Both the position numbers and the translations under genes were made by a program. A stretch of 32,000 nt of DNA from Prochlorococcus marinus subsp. pastoris str. CCMP1986 (GTDB lineage: Bacteria; Cyanobacteriota; Cyanobacteriia; PCC-6307; Cyanobiaceae), in the NCBI RefSeq assembly GCF_000011465.1, contig NC_005072.1, positions 1,290,001-1,322,000 of the forward strand, read 5' to 3'. The notes beneath the pieces are model-generated. The model was not told the origin of the DNA and searched no databases. It was given only the letters and a program-made list of their open reading frames with translations. Below are positions 19,655-27,858 of this stretch, piece by piece. Position 1 is the stretch's first letter; the number at the start of each line of letters is the position of its first letter.

Positions 19655-19839
19655 TTTTGAATATACTAAAAAATTTTTTTCTAAATTGTAATTTCTTAAT
19701 TAATGAAATTTTTTAATTAAATTACAAAACGAGTAATCATTTAAGTACTCGCGATCCTAACCATATGTATTTACGATAAAAAATATTCAGCAAACTTGAT
19801 TTTTAATTAAGTTTCAATATCTCTTAGAATAATTAGAAA

Positions 19840-20769
19840 ATGACTGCCACTACTTTCAGGAATAAAAATTCTAATTGGACCATATCAGATATCCCCAATT
19901 TAGATGGGAAAACAGCTTTTATTACTGGAGCAAACAGTGGTCTTGGATATTACACAGCTAAAGCTCTAGCAGAAAAAAATGCACATGTTTTACTTGCTTG
20001 CAGAAGTTTAGAAAAGGCTAATTCGGCTATAGATAAATTAAAGTCGCTAAATCCTAAAGGTAAGTTTACTCCTGTAGAACTAGATCTATCAGATTTAAAT
20101 AATGTAAGTGAAATTGGATTAAAAATATCAAGTGAGTTTGAGAACTTAGATTTGCTAATTAACAATGCAGGTATAATGCATCCGCCAAAAACATTAAGCA
20201 AACAAGGTTTTGAGATACAATTTGCGGTCAATCATTTAGCACATATGCTATTAACACTAAAATTTCTTCCTTTAATTGAAAAGAAAGAAAACTCTAGAAT
20301 AGTAACGGTAACTTCGGGGGCTCAGTTCTTTGGAAAAGTTGGGTGGAATAACCTTAAAGCAGAAAATTACTATAACAAGTGGGAATCATACGCTACCAGT
20401 AAATTAGCTAACGTAATGTTTGCTTTAGAGTTAAATGAAAAAATAAAGCAAAAAAATATTTTATCCTTGGCGGCCCATCCAGGTATTGCAAAAACAAATC
20501 TTTTTTCTGCACAGAAACCAAAACCAAGTCCAATTGAAACTTTCTCTTTAGAACTATTTAGTCCAATTTTTCAATCGGCAGAAATGGGCGCTTTACCTCA
20601 ATTACTTGCTGCCACTTCTCCTATGGCAAAGGGAGGAGACCATTACGGACCTAAATTCAATTTTAGAGGTCATCCAAAATTATCTCCAACTTCACCATTT
20701 GCTCTAAATAAGAAAGAAAGAAAAAATTTATGGGAAAAGAGTTTGGAAATACTTAATAGTTTTTTATGA
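19840..20769 (+). CDS. short-chain dehydrogenase/reductase (retinol-dehydrogenase / WWOX-like SDR)
   Basis: 309 aa with the cofactor motif TGANSGLGYYTAKAL, NNAG, and the catalytic Y-x3-K (YATSKLANV). Confidence 0.88.
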   Translation: MTATTFRNKNSNWTISDIPNLDGKTAFITGANSGLGYYTAKALAEKNAHVLLACRSLEKANSAIDKLKSLNPKGKFTPVELDLSDLNNVSEIGLKISSEFENLDLLINNAGIMHPPKTLSKQGFEIQFAVNHLAHMLLTLKFLPLIEKKENSRIVTVTSGAQFFGKVGWNNLKAENYYNKWESYATSKLANVMFALELNEKIKQKNILSLAAHPGIAKTNLFSAQKPKPSPIETFSLELFSPIFQSAEMGALPQLLAATSPMAKGGDHYGPKFNFRGHPKLSPTSPFALNKKERKNLWEKSLEILNSFL

Positions 20770-21030
20770 GTTTTTTAGTTTTATTAACTTCAAAAAATAT
20801 TTCAAAATATGCAATTCACTTTCTGAAAGTTTCATAAATTCATTTAAAGCCTGATAATTATCTTCATCAAATTCATTGGCTATTTCCAAAAATTCTTTAT
20901 GATTTTCATTTACAAATCTCTCTGCAATTTGTGATGGAGATAACCCCTTATCAATCAAATTACCCGGAGCATTTTTCTCCCAATTTTTATAGAACCAAGA
21001 GAACCATAATTCAGTAATATTTTCTTTCAT
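20764..21030 (-). CDS. hypothetical 88-aa protein, acidic and predicted helical
   Basis: The ORF is in the track. It overlaps the convergent SDR stop by 6 nt and starts 5 nt downstream of the preceding small ORF on the same strand. I recognise no family. Confidence 0.5.
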   Translation of the reverse strand: MKENITELWFSWFYKNWEKNAPGNLIDKGLSPSQIAERFVNENHKEFLEIANEFDEDNYQALNEFMKLSESELHILKYFLKLIKLKNS

Positions 21031-21034
21031 TTAA

Positions 21035-21172
21035 TTAATCTGGGTATTTAATTTTAGATCTAGGAAATAAAAATAAACCAGAAATTATTGCAAATATTGT
21101 TAATAAACCTACAACAGGTGTAAAAAGAGGTTGTAGATTTATAAAGAAAAAATTTCCTGTATGAATTTTCAT
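21035..21172 (-). CDS. 45-codon ORF, the 3' half of a split PepSY-TM-like small membrane protein
   Basis: I read MKIHTGNFFFINLQPLFTPVVGLLTIFAIISGLFLFPRSKIKYPD*. Its ATG overlaps the TGA of the upstream 44-codon ORF (ATGA). Confidence 0.4.
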   Translation of the reverse strand: MKIHTGNFFFINLQPLFTPVVGLLTIFAIISGLFLFPRSKIKYPD

Positions 21173-21303
21173 AAGCCAAAAAAATCCAATCCAAAATATT
21201 GAAATAAAGAATATAAGCTTCCACTAAGAACGGTTATTAATAATGGAATTACTGCTATAAGAGTAATACTTCTGTGAAGTTTTCTTGTTTTAGTTTTAAA
21301 CAT
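21169..21303 (-). CDS. 44-codon ORF, the 5' half of a split PepSY-TM-like small membrane protein
   Basis: I read MFKTKTRKLHRSITLIAVIPLLITVLSGSLYSLFQYFGLDFFGL*. Its ATG overlaps the TAA of the upstream 87-aa gene (TAATG). It ends just after a run of 7 T (A-run 21178-21184 on the plus strand). Confidence 0.4.
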   Translation of the reverse strand: MFKTKTRKLHRSITLIAVIPLLITVLSGSLYSLFQYFGLDFFGL

Positions 21304-21566
21304 TATTTGTTTTTTCTAAGGTATTTGTGAAGATCTTTTTCACTTTCACAAGCCATCCACATTTCTTTTATTTTAAATGTTCCAGAGCAACCAAGGTCTT
21401 TAGCTTTTTCTTTGGCTTCACTTTCAGTTGAATAAGAACCTCTAAGATGAGCTTTTAATTCAATATCTATTAAATTAAATCCATAAATAATTAATAAGAT
21501 GTTTATTAATTTTAATTTAGAAATTAGATTAGTTTTTAAAGAATTTTTCATAATTAAATAGACCAT
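21303..21566 (-). CDS. small secreted or membrane-anchored protein with a GCSG...WMxC cysteine motif
   Basis: 87 aa. An N-terminal hydrophobic segment (LINILLIIYGF) is followed by EAKEKAKDLGCSGTFKIKEMWMACESEKDL. The motif is reminiscent of the short DUF3721-type domain, an uncertain assignment from memory. Confidence 0.55.
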   Translation of the reverse strand: MVYLIMKNSLKTNLISKLKLINILLIIYGFNLIDIELKAHLRGSYSTESEAKEKAKDLGCSGTFKIKEMWMACESEKDLHKYLRKNK

Positions 21567-21600
21567 TTAATTTCTAGTCTTCAATTTAATTATAAATTTA

Positions 21601-23022
21601 ATGCCTATTAAAAATAATTCAAAAAAGGAAGGAAAAATAAATTTTGTTATTGGGTTAGGAAGATCTGGTTTTTGGGCGGCAAAGTATTTAAGAAGTATTG
21701 GAAAGAGAGTTATTGTCTGGGAAAGTAAAGAAAATAAAGAACTTTTAGAAAGAAAGAAAATACTAGAAAAACTCGATATATCTGTTTGCTTAAATAAACA
21801 ATTTTTATTTGATGAGTTTTATAAATTTCTTAGACAAATTGAGTCTATTGTTGTAAGTCCAGCTATACCCTTTGATCATAAAACAATAATCAAACTTAAA
21901 GAACGAGGAATCGTCGTAATAGGGGAAATAAATATCGCATGGGAAAGTTTAAAGAATATAAATTGGATTGGGATTACTGGTACTAATGGGAAAACTACAG
22001 TTACTCACTTATTAAGTCATATACTAAGAGAAAATAATTTATTCGCCCCATTTGCAGGCAATATTGGGACTCCATTATGCGAAATTGCTTACTCAACAAA
22101 AAGCAAAAATATTGATTGGATAGTCGCTGAATTAAGCAGTTTTCAAATAGAAATAGCGACACATTGCATTAAACCTAAAATTGGAATTTGGACAACATTT
22201 ACTCCCGACCATCTTGACCGTCACAAAACACTTGATAATTATTTCAAGATTAAAAATAGCTTACTAAAACAATCAGAATTTAGAATTTATAATTACGACG
22301 ATCAATATTTAAAAGAAAATTTCAAATCACTTTTAAATGGAATATGGATAACTACTAATCCTAACGTATCTGATTCAGATCACTGTGATTATTGGATAAA
22401 TAATGAAAACTTTATTGTAGAGAGAAGGGAAAAATTATTGAGTTTAAAGAATTTCAAATTGAAAGGTAATCATAACACTCAAAATCTATTACTAGCTGTA
22501 GCAGCTGCAAGGAAAATTGGATTATCCACTGAGAGAATAAAGAATGCTTTACTTAGCTATGAACAACTTCCCCATAGAATGGAAACAATATTCCAACGTG
22601 ATGAACTTGAAATAATTAATGATAGCAAGGCTACCAATTTTGACTCTTCCGTAGCAGGTATAAATGCAATTAAAGGTTCTCCCATAATAATTTCTGGGGG
22701 TAGGTTAAAAAATGGGGATTCTATTGAATGGGTAAAGATTATTAATAAAAAAGCAAAAGCTGTATTTCTTTTTGGCGAAAGCTCGCAAACCTTAAAAAAA
22801 TTGATCCTTGAAGGAGGATTTAAGAATGATATTTTAACTTTTAATGATCTTTCAGAAGTAATCAACTACGCCTATTCTTATATAAAAAATAATCAATCTG
22901 AAACTTTATTATTTTCTCCTTCATGTTCGAGTTTTGATCAATTTAGAGACTATGAACAAAGAGGAGATATTTTTAAAAAATTAATCTATGAAAAATTCAA
23001 TATAAAGTTTATCGCGCATTAA
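21601..23022 (+). CDS. murD: UDP-N-acetylmuramoyl-L-alanine--D-glutamate ligase
   Basis: 473 aa with an N-terminal Rossmann-like [13 protein letters not shown], the Mur ligase P-loop [10 protein letters not shown], and the C-terminal domain motif NDSKATN. Confidence 0.94.
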
Positions 23023-23123
23023 AAATTTAGTTGGACTAATTCCAGGTCGGTCATTACAACCAATACACTACTAGCAAATTTCCTCTTATTTAGTTAAATT
23101 TTAAATACAAATTCGAAAGAAAC

Positions 23124-23438
23124 ATGAGTGAATCTAACAATTTACCTCAAGCAATAAGCCATAAAAAATTAACTTATTTGATGCTGAATGCACAAAAAGA
23201 TCTTAATGCCTCTGATGATAAAAAAAATATTGAAAGCTTAGAAAAACAAGAATTTGATGAATTAATAAATAATTGGGAGATCGTAACTAAAGATGTCATT
23301 AACACAATTTCTAAGCGAAATAAAAACTTATTAAAAAATAAATCTTCTAATTCCTTAATTGCGTTGGGTGCTATGGAAGTTCATCTAAATATGGCATTAC
23401 AAGCACTAAACGCATTCAAAAAAGACTCTTTAGACTAA
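23124..23438 (+). CDS. hypothetical 104-aa protein
   Basis: The ORF is in the track. It is hydrophilic, predicted helical, and has no recognised motif. Confidence 0.45.
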   Translation: MSESNNLPQAISHKKLTYLMLNAQKDLNASDDKKNIESLEKQEFDELINNWEIVTKDVINTISKRNKNLLKNKSSNSLIALGAMEVHLNMALQALNAFKKDSLD

Positions 23439-23441
23439 ATA

Positions 23442-24173
23442 TTATAGTTTTGGCATAGAGAATAAAAGCATATCGACGTAGGTATCTGATTGAATATCTA
23501 TACCGCTGAAATCAGAAATCTCAAATCCCAAACCGTCACCAGAAGAAAGCTTTTTACTTGATTTATTATTTTTATCTCTTACTATCAAATCACCCTCTAT
23601 TATTTGAATCCAATTAAATTTTTCTATTTCTGAAGGTAAATATTTTTTGTTTAAAAGGTTATATTTACATCGCCATATAGATATATCTTGATTTATAAAA
23701 AGCGGACATTTGTTTTTTTTAAAAGAATCAATAATCAGATTATTACCAGAAGTATTCTTAATCGAAATTTGATTATATGAAGGATTGAGGTCTTGAATAT
23801 CCGGATATATCCATATCTGAAATAATTTGCAGTCTGTATTTTTTTCATTTTTTTCACTATGAGTAATCCCTGTTCCTGCAGACATAACCTGCACTTCATC
23901 TTCATGAATTATTCCTAAATTATTTAATGAATCTCTATGTGTAATCTCACCTTTTATGACTATTGTGACTATCTCCATATTCGAATGAGAGTGAGTATTA
24001 AATCCTGAATTAGGAGAAATTATATCTTCATTAATTACTCTAATTTTTCCAAAATTATCCCAGATTGGATCCCTGTGTTCTGCAAAAGAAAATGAGTGTT
24101 TTGAATCAAGCCATTCTCTATTTGATTTAAATCTTTCATTAGATTTTCTGAACTTGAGAATATTTAAAGCCAT
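23442..24173 (-). CDS. pirin-family bicupin protein (YhhW/quercetinase-like)
   Basis: 243 aa with SKHSFSFAEH..., the cupin metal motif GFNTHSHSNMEIVTIVIKGEITHRDS, and MSAGTGITHSE. Confidence 0.85.
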   Translation of the reverse strand: MALNILKFRKSNERFKSNREWLDSKHSFSFAEHRDPIWDNFGKIRVINEDIISPNSGFNTHSHSNMEIVTIVIKGEITHRDSLNNLGIIHEDEVQVMSAGTGITHSEKNEKNTDCKLFQIWIYPDIQDLNPSYNQISIKNTSGNNLIIDSFKKNKCPLFINQDISIWRCKYNLLNKKYLPSEIEKFNWIQIIEGDLIVRDKNNKSSKKLSSGDGLGFEISDFSGIDIQSDTYVDMLLFSMPKL

Positions 24174-24268
24174 CTAATTATTTATGAAAGATTTATAAAA
24201 TTTTATTTATTTTTCGGAAGGAGTCCAATTATGGCAGTTGAGAGAAATGAAAATTAGAAAAATTATAT

Positions 24269-24397
24269 TTAGAAATTTATTTTACTTTGTGCCTTGGTTG
24301 CTTTACTAATAATTTTTTTTGCCTCATCTCTTGTTAAACAGTTTTCTGCTTTAACATTTAAATTCTTTAGCTTTTGTAATTGTTTAGAGATTTTCAT
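24269..24397 (-). CDS. possible 42-aa basic peptide
   Basis: I read MKISKQLQKLKNLNVKAENCLTRDEAKKIISKATKAQSKINF*. It lies between DUF1643 and pirin on the same strand. There is no homology evidence. Confidence 0.2.
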   Translation of the reverse strand: MKISKQLQKLKNLNVKAENCLTRDEAKKIISKATKAQSKINF

Positions 24398-24461
24398 CTC
24401 ATATTTAATATTTTCCTAAAGTTAACATATTTTCAAAAGAATAGCATTAGCTCTTATTACA

Positions 24462-24998
24462 TCACGAGAACTTTAATGAAGATTCTGATTGAAGTACTGA
24501 ATTATTAGAGCAATATAACGGGTGTATAGGATTTTGTTTTTTTGTTTTTTTTATAAAAAGCGGACCTAAGGGATTCACAAATTTATCTTTTTTTATTGAA
24601 TAAAAATTCATTATTTTTTTAGAAATTTTGTAATTCCTATTAAGAAAGATCCCTTTATTGCCCCAGCCCAACCACAAGTGACAATTTTTATTTTCAGACC
24701 AGTATTTTAAACTTTTATTTATAAATTTATTGTTTAAATAGCCAACAGGTTTCTTATGAGTGAATAATTTATCAGGTGTTTTGGAAATTAAAGCGAATAG
24801 ATTTATTATTTTAAGATTTCCATAGTTATAGTTTTTGCAGATTTTGATTATTTTCCTCGTTGTATTATCAATATAATTCAAATCTGAAAGGGATGGATTT
24901 AAACCTATGAAAATTATTTCTTTTTTTGATTTATTTATTTTAAAACTTAAACTCCATCTATATTCTTTATTTGTACTTATTAAACAACTTCTTTCCAT
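24462..24998 (-). CDS. DUF1643-domain protein
   Basis: 178 aa. YRWSLSF...IIFIGLNPSLSD...DNTTRKI...YGNLKIINLFA...WLGWG...NPIHPLY follows the DUF1643 consensus as I remember it. Its start is 10 nt downstream of the preceding gene. Confidence 0.75.
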   Translation of the reverse strand: MERSCLISTNKEYRWSLSFKINKSKKEIIFIGLNPSLSDLNYIDNTTRKIIKICKNYNYGNLKIINLFALISKTPDKLFTHKKPVGYLNNKFINKSLKYWSENKNCHLWLGWGNKGIFLNRNYKISKKIMNFYSIKKDKFVNPLGPLFIKKTKKQNPIHPLYCSNNSVLQSESSLKFS

Positions 24999-25008
24999 AA
25001 AGATTTTT

Positions 25009-25500
25009 TCAACCTAGACCCACGCCTCTCGCCATTAAAGTCGCGAAAAGAGGGATAGTTGCAAAACCTACTAATTCAGTTGTAATAATAAATCTGAATC
25101 TTTTTACAAGTTTTTCTGAGATCTCAGGTAGTTTATTTTTACTCAATGGTATCGCCCACAAAATATAAGTTGTTGTTGGGTATAAAGATAATAATCCAAC
25201 TAAAATATACAGAGATACTTTAATCCAAAAAATTGGATTTTCTGTATAAAAATCACCTCCTTGTCCAAAATATTTAACCCGTAAAATTCCAGTAACCAAT
25301 ATTGCAACCCCAGCTAAGCCATAAATAACATCTGCAACAACCATTGAAATAGTTTGGTTTCTATTAAGATCAACTTTTAAAGTCAGCCTTTCAAATAAAA
25401 GAGATCCAAAACAAAGAATGATTCCCAGGTAATGGATATAAGCAACTAATGCACTTTTAGCTATTTCACCCGTAAATAAAGTTCCTAGTAACATTTGCAA
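25009..25500 (-). CDS. four-helix integral membrane protein (DUF2214-like)
   Basis: 163 aa with four long hydrophobic helices. The family name is tentative. Confidence 0.6.
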   Translation of the reverse strand: MQMLLGTLFTGEIAKSALVAYIHYLGIILCFGSLLFERLTLKVDLNRNQTISMVVADVIYGLAGVAILVTGILRVKYFGQGGDFYTENPIFWIKVSLYILVGLLSLYPTTTYILWAIPLSKNKLPEISEKLVKRFRFIITTELVGFATIPLFATLMARGVGLG

Positions 25501-25581
25501 GTCTAAATTTATATATAATACTAGCTATTTAAATATATATCCGTCCAAAAATGCCTTCAGTAAAAAAGTAATTTTTAGATT

Positions 25582-26334
25582 TTAGGATTTTAGGAACCTT
25601 TTTTGTCCCTCCTGAAAAGAATCTTTTTTATTCCAGACCTCAACCACATCTGGGAAATGCTTTTCCATACAAACATCACAAACACCATGACTAAATCTTA
25701 TATCACTTATTTTCGATAGATATTTTTCTAAATGCATCCAATCACCATCATTATTTTTGACTTCTCTGCAATATGAACAGACTGATAATATACCCTCCTG
25801 TTTATGCAAATTAGATAAAGCCTCTAATAAATTGAGAGATTTCTTTCTTAACTCCAAAAAAGCAACTATTTGCTTAGATAATAATTCCATTACATTGAAT
25901 TGTTTTAGAGAAAGATTACCTGGTTTCCGATCGATAACACATAAAGTTCCAAGTTTATTACCATCTCTATTTTTAAGAGGAAACCCAGCATAAAACCTAA
26001 TTTTAGGATCACCAGTTACCAAGGGATTATTGATAAATCTTTCATCCTGAAAAGCATCCTGAATAATTAATGGGCTATTTTCTTGAATAGCATGGGTACA
26101 AAAAGACCAATCCCTTTTTGTTTCATTAATTTCGAGGCCCACTTTTGACTTAAACCATTGCTTATCTTTATCAACTAAGGTCATTAAAGATATCGGAACA
26201 TTACAGGTTGAAGCTGCTATTTTTGTAATATCGTCATAACAGGATTCTGGTTTAGTCCCCAATATTCTATATTCAGCTAATGCTTTTAACCTTCTTTCTT
26301 CTTCTTCCTTTTTAGGAATTAGATTTTGCATCAT
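25582..26334 (-). CDS. stand-alone GAF-domain sensor protein with a C-terminal Cys/His-rich module
   Basis: 250 aa. Its GAF pattern is EEERRLKALAEYRILGT...ISLMTLVDKDKQWFKSKVGL...SFCTHAI...FYAGFPL...LGTLCVID. The C-terminal module is C186-x2-C189 ... H216-G-x-C219-x2-C222. Confidence 0.8.
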   Translation of the reverse strand: MMQNLIPKKEEEERRLKALAEYRILGTKPESCYDDITKIAASTCNVPISLMTLVDKDKQWFKSKVGLEINETKRDWSFCTHAIQENSPLIIQDAFQDERFINNPLVTGDPKIRFYAGFPLKNRDGNKLGTLCVIDRKPGNLSLKQFNVMELLSKQIVAFLELRKKSLNLLEALSNLHKQEGILSVCSYCREVKNNDGDWMHLEKYLSKISDIRFSHGVCDVCMEKHFPDVVEVWNKKDSFQEGQKRFLKS

Positions 26335-26419
26335 TCTTTTTGAGTTTTTAAACTTTAAAATTAATCTCTGTTTAAAAAACTTTTATCTATAAATACTTAA
26401 TAAAAAGAAGATAAACTTA

Positions 26420-27664
26420 TTAATTTGTTACTTTGTCACATAACTTTGAGACTGACTGTCCTGCAAGCCATCCACTCGTCCAACAATGTTGAAAATTGAA
26501 TCCCCCAGTGATTCCATCAACATCTAGAACTTCACCAGAAAAAAATAAACCTGGACATATTAAACTTTCCATACTTTTAAAATTAACTTCATTGATAGAG
26601 ACACCTCCAGAGGTGACAAATTCCTCTCCAAAGGGGCCTTTACTAGAAATAATATATTTATCTTTCAATAGGCTATTTATCATTTTCTCTCTTTCATTTG
26701 CAAGAAGATCTGACCACTTCTTATCTTTATTAATTTCCATTTTATTTAATAAGAACACCCACAACCTCCTTGTTAACAAAGGTAGAGGTCTTAAATTAAT
26801 TAAGTTTAATTTTCCATTATTAAATTTTAGGTTATCAATTTTTTCTTTTAACTCTTTATATTCAAGGTTTGTCCATCTAATTATTAAATTAAATTTATAC
26901 TTCTGGTCAAACAATTCTCTCGCAGCTATCGAAGAGAGCTTTAGGACAGCAGGGCCGCTAAATCCCCAATGAGTTATAAGTAAATCTCCTCTATTTTTGA
27001 AAGATTTGTTATTTAGTTGAATTTCAATATCTATATTTTTAATAGAGACACCACTACACTCATTCAATTTTTTTTCTTTTGTGGAGAAAGTAAAAAGGGA
27101 CGGGACAGGTCTGATTATACTGTGGCCAAAATTTTTAGCTAATTTATATCCACTAGGATGGCCTCCAGTAGAGAGAATAATATTTTTTGCAATTATCGAA
27201 AATTTTTCTCTATTAAAAATAGTAAAAAGGTTATCTGAAGTTTTTAAAATTTCTTTTACAAAAAATTTAGTTGATATCTCTACCCCTTTATTTATGGCAT
27301 TTTTTTTTAAGCAACTTATTACATCTAAAGATGAATCAGATACTGGAAATACTCTATTATCAGCTTCAATCTTCAAATTTAATCCTCTTTTTTCAAACCA
27401 ATCAAATACATCTCCAGCGGCAAAACGATTAAATGATTCCAAAAGCTTAATACCACCTCGAGGATAATTTTCTGCTAACTCACTCGGTATCCATGATGCA
27501 TTAGTTACGTTGCATCTACCTCCTCCACTTATTCTTACTTTCTCCATAAGTTTTGAGGAGCCTTCAAGAATTATTATTCTTTTAACACCATTTTCGGCGG
27601 CTGTTACTGCGGTCATGAAACCTGCTGCTCCACCACCAATTACTACTAAATCAAAAGGGTTCAA
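26420..27664 (-). CDS. HI0933/BaiN-family NAD(P)/FAD-dependent flavoprotein
   Basis: 414 aa with the dinucleotide motif VVIGGGAAGFMTAVTAAENG, GGGRCNVTN, and a C-terminal GEVLDVDGITGGFNFQ. Confidence 0.88.
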   Translation of the reverse strand: MNPFDLVVIGGGAAGFMTAVTAAENGVKRIIILEGSSKLMEKVRISGGGRCNVTNASWIPSELAENYPRGGIKLLESFNRFAAGDVFDWFEKRGLNLKIEADNRVFPVSDSSLDVISCLKKNAINKGVEISTKFFVKEILKTSDNLFTIFNREKFSIIAKNIILSTGGHPSGYKLAKNFGHSIIRPVPSLFTFSTKEKKLNECSGVSIKNIDIEIQLNNKSFKNRGDLLITHWGFSGPAVLKLSSIAARELFDQKYKFNLIIRWTNLEYKELKEKIDNLKFNNGKLNLINLRPLPLLTRRLWVFLLNKMEINKDKKWSDLLANEREKMINSLLKDKYIISSKGPFGEEFVTSGGVSINEVNFKSMESLICPGLFFSGEVLDVDGITGGFNFQHCWTSGWLAGQSVSKLCDKVTN

Positions 27665-27858
27665 AAATGTAGGCTCTCAATATTTCCTTAATCTGATAAT
27701 AGTAATTCAATTTCATAAAAAAAAAAGTTTTTTTTAAATAAAAAATGCAACTCTTAGACTAAATTATCTTGAAATATGGAGAATAATAAATTAATGACAT
27801 TTTAAATTTTATGGTTTATATAAACACGCAAATATCTTTTATATATTATTTTAGTTAG

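Noticed and set aside
19686-19727. Long imperfect inverted repeat (TTGTAATTTCTTAATTAA ... TTAATTAAATTACAA) in the divergent promoter region between the photolyase-family gene and the SDR.
   Set aside because: It is built almost entirely of A/T and includes the self-complementary TTAATTAA. It could be an operator, but I cannot distinguish it from compositional chance without conservation data.
16334-21600. I looked for a direct repeat of the tRNA-Val 3' end (att-like site) bounding the downstream accessory block.
   Set aside because: I found no match of 12 nt or more to GGTTCGAATCCAGTATCGCCCA by eye. This needs a computational search before anything is claimed.
24231-24257. 8-codon mini-ORF (MAVERNEN*) preceded by a strong GGAAGGAG Shine-Dalgarno-like sequence.
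   Set aside because: No plus-strand gene lies downstream for it to regulate, since the neighbours are all on the minus strand. It sits in the spacer between two minus-strand genes, so it is most likely a chance match.
701-27737. Many track ORFs lie antisense to, or out of frame within, long conserved genes. On the minus strand these are 701-1087, 2429-2674, 3583-3804, 14980-15306, 15750-15950, 15826-16116, 17212-17400, 18850-19038, 19950-20231 and 22557-22865. On the plus strand these are 7203-7406, 9416-9604, 12263-12577, 13185-13415, 13956-14162, 25757-25993, 26496-26972, 27081-27467 and 27510-27737.
   Set aside because: Each lies entirely, or almost entirely, inside a gene with clear family motifs on the other strand. 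Their translations are low-complexity (Ile/Leu/Phe/Ser/Lys-rich) with no motifs. Such shadow ORFs are expected opposite AT-rich coding sequence.
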